Source of the DNA: Candidatus Latescibacterota bacterium
GTDB taxonomy: Bacteria > Latescibacterota > UBA2968
Assembly (NCBI GenBank): GCA_965208125.1
Contig: OZ242320.1
Span: forward strand, 1,056,001 to 1,120,000
Reading direction: 5' to 3'
DNA: 64,000 bases
The stretch's first letter is position 1. Each line of letters opens with the position of its first letter. A program made the position numbers and the translations under genes. The notes below the pieces were generated by a model. It worked only from the letters and a program-made list of their open reading frames with translations. It was not told where the DNA came from and searched no databases. Shown one piece after another: positions 62,551 through 64,000 of this stretch.

Positions 62551-62790
62551 ATGGAAACCCGTGTGCAGAAATGGGGCAATAGTTTAGCCCTGCGCATTCC
62601 CAAACCACTCGCTATCCAGATTGGGCTTGAACCCAATTCACCAGTCGAATTATTGCTACGCGGTAAGGAGTTGGTCATTGAACCTGTAAAGCCGTCTAAA
62701 TTAAAATTGGACGACCTTCTGTCCCAGGTGACCGAACACAACTTACACGGTGAAGTAGATACTGGACCTGCGACAGGCGGTGAGATATAA
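62551..62790 (+). CDS. mazE: AbrB/MazE-family antitoxin (orphan)
   Basis: VQKWGNSLALRIPK...LDDLL..VTE.NLHGEVDTG.A.G.E. Confidence 0.9.
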   Translation: METRVQKWGNSLALRIPKPLAIQIGLEPNSPVELLLRGKELVIEPVKPSKLKLDDLLSQVTEHNLHGEVDTGPATGGEI

Positions 62791-62933
62791 TGGATCGGGA
62801 GAAATTGATCAACATAGCCGTAATAGGCGCGGGAAACATCGCCACGCGACACCTCGAAAACCTTGCATTTCTCGGTGGCAATCGCATCGCCGCGATATGC
62901 GACCTGGACGAATTAACAGAGGATCACCCATGA
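62790..62933 (+). pseudogene. N-terminal fragment of a Gfo/Idh/MocA-type oxidoreductase (47 codons)
   Basis: Translated by hand: MDREKLINIAVIGAGNIATRHLENLAFLGGNRIAAICDLDELTEDHP*. Confidence 0.7.
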
Positions 62934-64000
62934 ATACCCAACCCGACATTATCTTCATCTGTTCCGATCAATGGAACGCGCGCTACCTGGGGTGTGCGGG
63001 ACATCCGCAAGTCCAGACCCCGCACCTCGACTCGCTTGCTGCCAGCGGCTGTATCTTCGACGCGGCCTACACGCCGTCGCCCGTGTGCATGCCAGCGCGC
63101 GCATCGCTGGCCAGCGGCCTCTACCCGCACGCGCACGGATTCTTTTGCAACTACACCGGCAAACTATTTCCACCCGAACAAGTCACCCTCTTCCGCTGCT
63201 TGCAAGAAGCCGGCTATACCACAGCAAAAATCGGGAAATACCACTACTTCAGCCTGGAATGGGGCCAGGACTATGAAGACTACCGAGACTACTACGACCA
63301 ACTCGGCCTGGACTGGGCTGAAGAAACCTCGACACCATTCCAGGGCCCCTTCCTGAACACGGGCTATAGCCGTCTGCTAAAAAAAGAAGGACTCCTCGAC
63401 ACCTTCATCACCGACATTGGCGACCGCTACGTAGATGGACAATACACCCCCCGACCCTCACCCCTACCGCCAGACCTGACGCCGGACGGCTACGTCTGCC
63501 GGCAAACCCTGGCATACCTCGACCGCGCACCCACCGACAAACCCCTATTCCTCTTCGCCAGCTTTCCCGGACCTCATCCACCTCTGGACGCACCCGGCAA
63601 ATACGCCAAAATGTACGACCCCGCCGATATCGTCCTCCCAGAAAACTACAACGAAAAACGCTGCAAATACGGTCGGCAGGCCATCGCCGAAATGACCGCC
63701 CAATACATGGGCAAAATCACCCACTTTGATGACCGCGTAGGAGAAATCGTAGCCGCCTTGAAAAAACGCGACAACTGGGAAAACACCGTCGTCGTATTTA
63801 CCTCTGACCACGGAGAACGCATGGGTGAGCACGGCCTCGTCTCCAAAACCGGCTTTGAGGAAGGATCCGCGCGCGTACCCCTAATCATCGGCGGACCAGC
63901 CGCACCCGTCGGCACCGCTGGACACCGCAACGCCTCGCCGGTCTCCTTCCTGGACCTGTTCCCGACCTTCCTGGACCTATCGGGCGCCGAAATCCCGGAC
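62930..64000 (+). CDS. Sulfatase (choline-sulfatase-like), 3'-truncated by the window edge and absent from the ORF track
   Basis: MNTQPDIIFICSDQW...TPHLD.LA..G..F..AYTPSPVCMPARASLASGLYPH, later GPHPPLD and SDHGE. Confidence 0.9.
   Translation, partial: MNTQPDIIFICSDQWNARYLGCAGHPQVQTPHLDSLAASGCIFDAAYTPSPVCMPARASLASGLYPHAHGFFCNYTGKLFPPEQVTLFRCLQEAGYTTAKIGKYHYFSLEWGQDYEDYRDYYDQLGLDWAEETSTPFQGPFLNTGYSRLLKKEGLLDTFITDIGDRYVDGQYTPRPSPLPPDLTPDGYVCRQTLAYLDRAPTDKPLFLFASFPGPHPPLDAPGKYAKMYDPADIVLPENYNEKRCKYGRQAIAEMTAQYMGKITHFDDRVGEIVAALKKRDNWENTVVVFTSDHGERMGEHGLVSKTGFEEGSARVPLIIGGPAAPVGTAGHRNASPVSFLDLFPTFLDLSGAEIPD

Overview
Gene-dense bacterial window. The mix of sulfatases, DUF1552/DUF1592 genes, GWxTD/TPR proteins and PorV-like barrels suggests an FCB-related lineage such as Latescibacterota or Gemmatimonadota (inference only). 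Left part (1-17.8 kb): flavin reductase, K+ channel, sulfatase plus GH-like gene, argR-argC-argB-argD with tandem ARG boxes, S9 peptidase, higBA, a divergent FabV-like reductase, a beta-CASP nuclease with a KH-like C-terminal array, and a TPR-parvulin lipoprotein. Centre (17.8-49.3 kb): two divergent, colinear modules, each a TonB-dependent receptor, a secreted protein with a T9SS-type-A-like C-terminal domain, and a PorV-like barrel. They are surrounded by three variant GWxTD/TPR proteins, two paralogous DUF6785-like membrane proteins, an OmpA-like barrel and a DUF1552/DUF1592 pair. This is the best candidate for an undescribed envelope import or surface-display system. Right part: an MNT-HEPN pair whose predicted sigma70 -35 box is split by a complete IS200/IS605 element (tnpA+tnpB, both ends resolved at base level), an M60 peptidase, catabolic genes, an orphan mazE followed by an oxidoreductase fragment, and a sulfatase running off the end. 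No rRNA, tRNA or CRISPR array was seen. All family calls come from motif recognition by eye, not database searches.
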